A stretch of DNA of 64,000 nt from Euglena gracilis (Eukaryota), in contig CP154954.1 in assembly GCA_039621445.1 (NCBI GenBank), positions 23,076,954 through 23,140,953 of the forward strand. The letters run 5' to 3'. Positions 59,501 through 64,000 of the stretch are shown here, piece by piece; within the stretch, counting starts at the first letter, position 1; each line of letters begins with the position of its first letter. A program made the translations under genes and the position numbers. A model generated the notes under the pieces. That model did no database searches, was not told the origin of the DNA, and was given only the letters and a program-made list of their open reading frames with translations.

Positions 59501-60127
59501 GACATTTTCCGTCTCGTGACTTCAAAATTGGCACTCAGAGATCGGCAAGACTTAGTGCTAAACCCCGCCCACAGCCAAACCTCATACAGACGTTCTCGAT
59601 CGGTGGGGCGGAGGTCAAAGGGGGGACATCCAACAGTCGGGAGGGTTCTTCCTCAAAAGAAACGTTCTTTTTCTGGAAAGCAGGTGACATCTACGACACC
59701 TTCAACACCCAAGTCCACAGGTTCGGCCTTGCCCAATGCTTCGAATGGTCCTGTTCCCATTTCCACTGAAAGTCAGAACCAAAATCTTACACAAAATGCA
59801 GAACTTCCAAAGTCTGTGCCAAATACCAATGGCGGAGTTTGGGTTCAAGCACCACCAAGATCGTCTCCTTGGCCAACTTGGCAACAGCAAAATCAAAACC
59901 AAAACTCTTGGAAAGGCCAAAGTTTCAAGGGTGCTCAAAATTATCAAGGCCAAGGACGATATGGGGGAAGGGGGTCCAGCCAATCGAATGGAAATTGGAA
60001 TCAACTGTCTTCCCAAAAAGGCAAGGACAAAGGCAAAGGCCAAGAAAAAGATTCTTCCAAAGGCAACGGTTGGAAGGGAGGGGGGTACAATTCAAACCAA
60101 AATGTTTCGCCCCAAGTCCGTCTTTAG
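56569..60127 (+). pseudogene. B2 gag-like ORF (decayed)
   Basis: MVRRGV...; coiled coil with NIANCHKQLLSIEVERQ (B1 NLAQCQRHLLSVEMERQ); VPKFSGHAGDWPNF; GRVTSRDWENF; GKG-rich tail. Confidence 0.8.
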
Positions 60128-60544
60128 GGACACCGGGGTCATGGTTTTGAGGGGTTTACATCCTCGGGTATCAAAACCCCCAAACTATTTTGCATGCCAC
60201 ATCTGCATATGGACAATATTCCCATGTTGGAGAATGTGTGTCTATCTTCCAGTCCGTCTATCTCAGGTTCAAAGTCAACCAATCAAGAGAATGCAATGCC
60301 GAAGACAGGCAATGGTGTAACTGAAGACAATTCAATGAATTCATCATCAACGATTGACTCAAGAAGGCAAGTGGCCTCGAACCAATGGCAGCCCGTGTCG
60401 AGGAGGGGCAAGCCGGGCAAACCGTGGGCTCGACCCAAACCGTGGAGCAGGTGTGCAAGCCAGGAGAGTGCACGGCCCAGGCTCATCAATTATTATGGTT
60501 GTTTGAGTGGAAGAGGGTCCATCAAAGGTGTGGAAGGCAAGAGA

Positions 60545-61145
60545 ATTCCCAAGGCGTTGGATTTGTTTTCGGGAAAAGGATCTGTGGGGAGGTCTTTGGA
60601 GGAAAACTACCAGGTGGTATCTTTGGATGTCAACAGAATTTCACCCAACACATGTAACGGATATTTTGGAATGGGATTATCGCAAATACCCCCAGGGATA
60701 TTTTGAAGTTATTGCGGCCGGTGTGCCATGCACGGAGTATAGCCTTGCAAAAACGATAGGGGGTAGGGACATGCAAACGGCAGATCGCCTTGTTGAAAAA
60801 ACTTTGGAGATTGTGGAATATTTTCAACCCAAGTTGTGGTGGATGGAAAATCCCCGTACGGGATATTTACCCAAACAGCAATTTGTTCGAAATTTGAATG
60901 TCCTCGATGTTGATTATTGCCAATTTTCTGATTAGGGATACCAAAAACCAACCCGTATTTGGGGGAGTGAGAATGTCTTAAGTTTGAAGGACAAAATTTG
61001 TGATGGAAAAACCTGCCCCAACATGGTGTTGAAGGAGGGGGGCAGGTGGGCACACAAGGAGCATTTGGGTGGGAGGCACATGCACACGAGCACACATCAA
61101 AAATGGGGAATGCCTCAAAATTTGATTGAATATCTTCTTTCGGAC
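60545..61145 (+). pseudogene. B2 C5-cytosine DNA methyltransferase domain
   Basis: ALDLFSGKGS, VSLDV, DILEWDY, AGVPCTEYS, WWMENPRTG, VDYCQFSD*GYQKPTRIWG; one frameshift (~60640) and one stop (60933-60935). Confidence 0.88.
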
Positions 61146-61177
61146 CTTGATTTTAAGGAGGAGAAATTTCCCTTCAA

Positions 61178-61572
61178 AAGGGAGGACTATGCCGTGAGAA
61201 ACCCTTCTCTGAAAATGATTCAGGAGAAATTTCAAAGGAGAGCCGAAATGGATTGTTTTGCTTCAATCAAAAATTCTCAATGTGCATCTTTTTTGACAAA
61301 GGAAGAAAATGCCTTGAGTGTTGACTGGGGAAAGGGGGCGGACGGTGTGGTTGAATCCCCCATGGTCGTTATGGCATAAGGTGGCAAAAAAGTTACAAAA
61401 AACCCCGTGTGATGCAATTTGCATTGTTCCCGATTGGCAAAGGGGATGGGTGTGAGAACTCGTGCGAAAGGCGACATAAAAATTATATTTTCAGCCTGGA
61501 ACAAAGCTTTTCGAAGTGGATGGGAAACCCATGGGAGGTGTGAAGTGGGGAGTTTGGGCCTTGTTGATAGAG
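61178..61572 (+). pseudogene. B2 Dam-like amino-methyltransferase domain
   Basis: REDYAV...MDCFASIKNSQC..F...NALSVDW, then (frameshift) VWLNPPWSLW...AICIVPDW; canonical NPPW at ~61354-61365. Confidence 0.82.
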
Positions 61573-61689
61573 GGTGATAAGCCCCCCACTAGCACTAACA
61601 CGTCTAAGGAACCAAAGGTTGTGCGTTTGAAGGCGCGTATGGTGAAAAAAATGTAGTCACCCACAGGGGTTAGCAAGTTTTCCAGGGAT

Positions 61690-64000
61690 CGGCAACTTTT
61701 GATTCGCACAAAAGTAATTTTGGTCAGTGGGGAGGAACGGGATATGTATATTTTGGTAGATACGGGGGCGGAAGCAAACCTCATAAGGCAAGGATTTGTA
61801 AGAGATCACCCAATGCACTCGGCTGAAAATACCCTTAAATTCGAAACGGCTAATGGCCAAGTTTTAAGTGGGGGGACAAGGTGCACTAAGGTGAGAATGA
61901 AGTGGCTTGGGGAGGAGAATAATGGGACACCACCCGAATTTTTTGAGTATGAAGTGGAATTTTACGAAGCAAACATAAAAATGGATGCCATTTTGTCATT
62001 TCTGTGGCTTGCCCAAGCAAAACTTGGAATTTTTCCACATCACAGAGCTTTGGTTTTGGAAACCCCCGAGCTGACATTTTGTTTGGTGTGCGTGATTTCA
62101 GAAAACGGCGACACTCAAACACTTCAAAAAATTTGCCCCAAGAGGGGGGCACGGCCCATTTGCACAAATTCGGTTTCGAACTACCTTTGAGTGGGTTTGA
62201 TCAAAGAAGTCGCTTTTTAGATGACCGAACCCTGAATTTTTTGCACAAAAATTTGAACGTGTCCGAAGCAACCCTCCAATCCATCCGACGGATGATAATT
62301 GCAAGGGAGGGGGGGGATGCAAAAAATGAAGAGGAGGAAGATGAGGATGAAGGCAAGTTAAGGCTATTAAGGGAGGAAATTCAACAAAAGTATGAAGGAA
62401 CGGTTTTTAGGTTAACGGTATACCCGGACCCACCCGTAAGGGGACCCTATGGGTATGCTTTTATACCTTTGAAGGAAGGAGCAACACCAACTTGACAAAA
62501 ACCATTCTTCATGCACGGGGAGGGAAAAGAAGCTTTGGAAAAAATCACTCAAGATTGGATCGATATGAAATTCATAGAGCCAGCCACAACAAAAAATTCG
62601 GAATGGCTCTCACAAACTTTCCCTGTGCCCAAAAAGTCTCCCGATTTTCCTTGGAGGGGGGTTGTTGACATGAGGGGACCCAATAGCCAAACCCGTAGGT
62701 GCAACTACCCTCTTCCGAAAATTGAAGATATCCTGGTGAAGCATGGTGGCAACCAAATGTTCTCCATTTTGGACTTAAAACAAGCATTCCACCAACAACA
62801 GCTTCACCCGGATAGCCGGCCAATAACTTGCTCCTTCACACCAAAGGGTCTCTACCAATGGAGGGTCAATGTAATGGGGTTAACTAACGCCTCACAACAA
62901 TTTCAACAAATGATGGACGAGAGGCTAGCACCCGTAAGGGACATAGCAACCCCATACATAGATGATATTTTGGTAGGGACAACCGTTGGGGAGGGGGAAG
63001 ACCTCCTAGAGGCACACAAACGGGATTTGTGCCGAGTTTTGGATTTGTTGGCCAAATAATTTTTTGTGGTGGACCCCAAAAAAGCAAAATTGCTCATCAA
63101 AAAAGTGGAGTTTTGTGGCCAAATTTTGGGTCATGGTGCCCGATGGCCAGCACCGGGCAAACTTCGTGCCATTGAGAAATGGGAGGTTCCCACAACCATT
63201 ACCGCTTTAAGAGCTTTCCTTGGTTTTACCAACTACTACAACGCATACATCCATATGTATGCTCAAATTGCTACACCGTTGCAAGACAAATTGAAGGTGC
63301 CTAGGGATGTTGGTAAAAAGGGAAGCAAGAAAAGAGTTGAATTTGGGGAAGGGGATCTCCAAGCGTTTGAGGAGTTGCAGAAGCGTCTGTGTTCGGGCTT
63401 AATCACACAACGTGTAGACCCCGATAAACCCTTTGTATTAAGGGTAGATGCAAGTGAGTGCGCCGTGGGGGCTACACTAGAACAACTAAAGGAAGGAAAT
63501 GGTAAGCCCACACCCCAGGATGTGATGGATAAGAAAACGGTGCGTATTACCTTCATGTCCCGAAAACTTACCGTGGGGCCAAGGAAATGGACCCCTTGTG
63601 AGTTGGAGACTTATGCCATAATTTTGGCTCTCCAAAAATGGGAAAGTTAGATCGGTCTTCAACCCGTTTTGATGTTAACTGACCACCAAAGTTTGTGGGC
63701 ATGGTCAAAAGAGGTGCTCGATACCCCCAGTGGTCCGGTGGGTAGGAGGGCACGATGGCACCAGATTTTTTCAAAATATGATTTGACGGTGGGGTACATA
63801 CCGGGTAAAGAAAACACAATTGCCGACATTTTGAGTCGGTGGGCTTACCCGGCCTCACGAGCATTAAGGGACGTAAGCAAACACGGTTCAACCGAGTATA
63901 AGGAAGAAATGGAGGAACTCATAAGAGAGGAAAGGGAAGACGAAAGAAATTGTTTGTGGATTAGAGTGAAAAATCAGCCCAACAACCGTAACACGTGGGT
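61690..64000 (+). pseudogene. B2 pol: protease, RT, RNase H
   Basis: LVDTGAEANL; LDLKQAFHQ...MGLTNASQQFQ...PYIDDILV; LRVDASECAVGA; ELETYAIILAL. Confidence 0.95.

Larger units (their letters stand above)
55925..64000 (+). mobile_element. Ty3/gypsy element B2 (5' LTR to RNase H; runs off the right edge) with the same dual-MTase cassette
   Basis: LTR, PBS, gag, C5 MTase, Dam MTase, PR, RT and RH are collinear with B1; the LTR and gag are strongly diverged from B1. Confidence 0.92.

Overview
This is a eukaryotic, transposon-saturated window, very probably from a photosynthetic euglenid. The only clear host gene is a nuclear psbM (19336-20078, minus strand) with a euglenid-type two-TM plastid presequence, one 47-nt GT-AG intron and a likely trans-splice acceptor. 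Most of the rest is nested, mostly decayed Ty3/gypsy chromodomain retrotransposons. The highlight is a lineage ('B') that carries two DNA methyltransferase domains in tandem between gag and protease: a C5-cytosine MTase and a Dam-like NPPW amino-MTase. It occurs as a full-length copy with LTRs, PBS, PPT and TSD (26299-40751, minus), as a second diverged family (55925 to window end, plus) and as an eroded third copy (~13.6-14.3 kb). A second lineage ('A', three copies) carries a very long unknown ORF downstream of the chromodomain. Its first copy is scrambled by a 1.98-kb tandem amplification plus an inversion. Also present: a 1-kb TRIM whose LTRs contain a tRNA-derived Pol III promoter, nested hAT-like and Merlin-like MITEs, two CRE-like non-LTR endonuclease fragments and two GC-rich tandem arrays. 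All domain calls come from motif recognition by eye. No database search was run, and boundaries of decayed segments are approximate.
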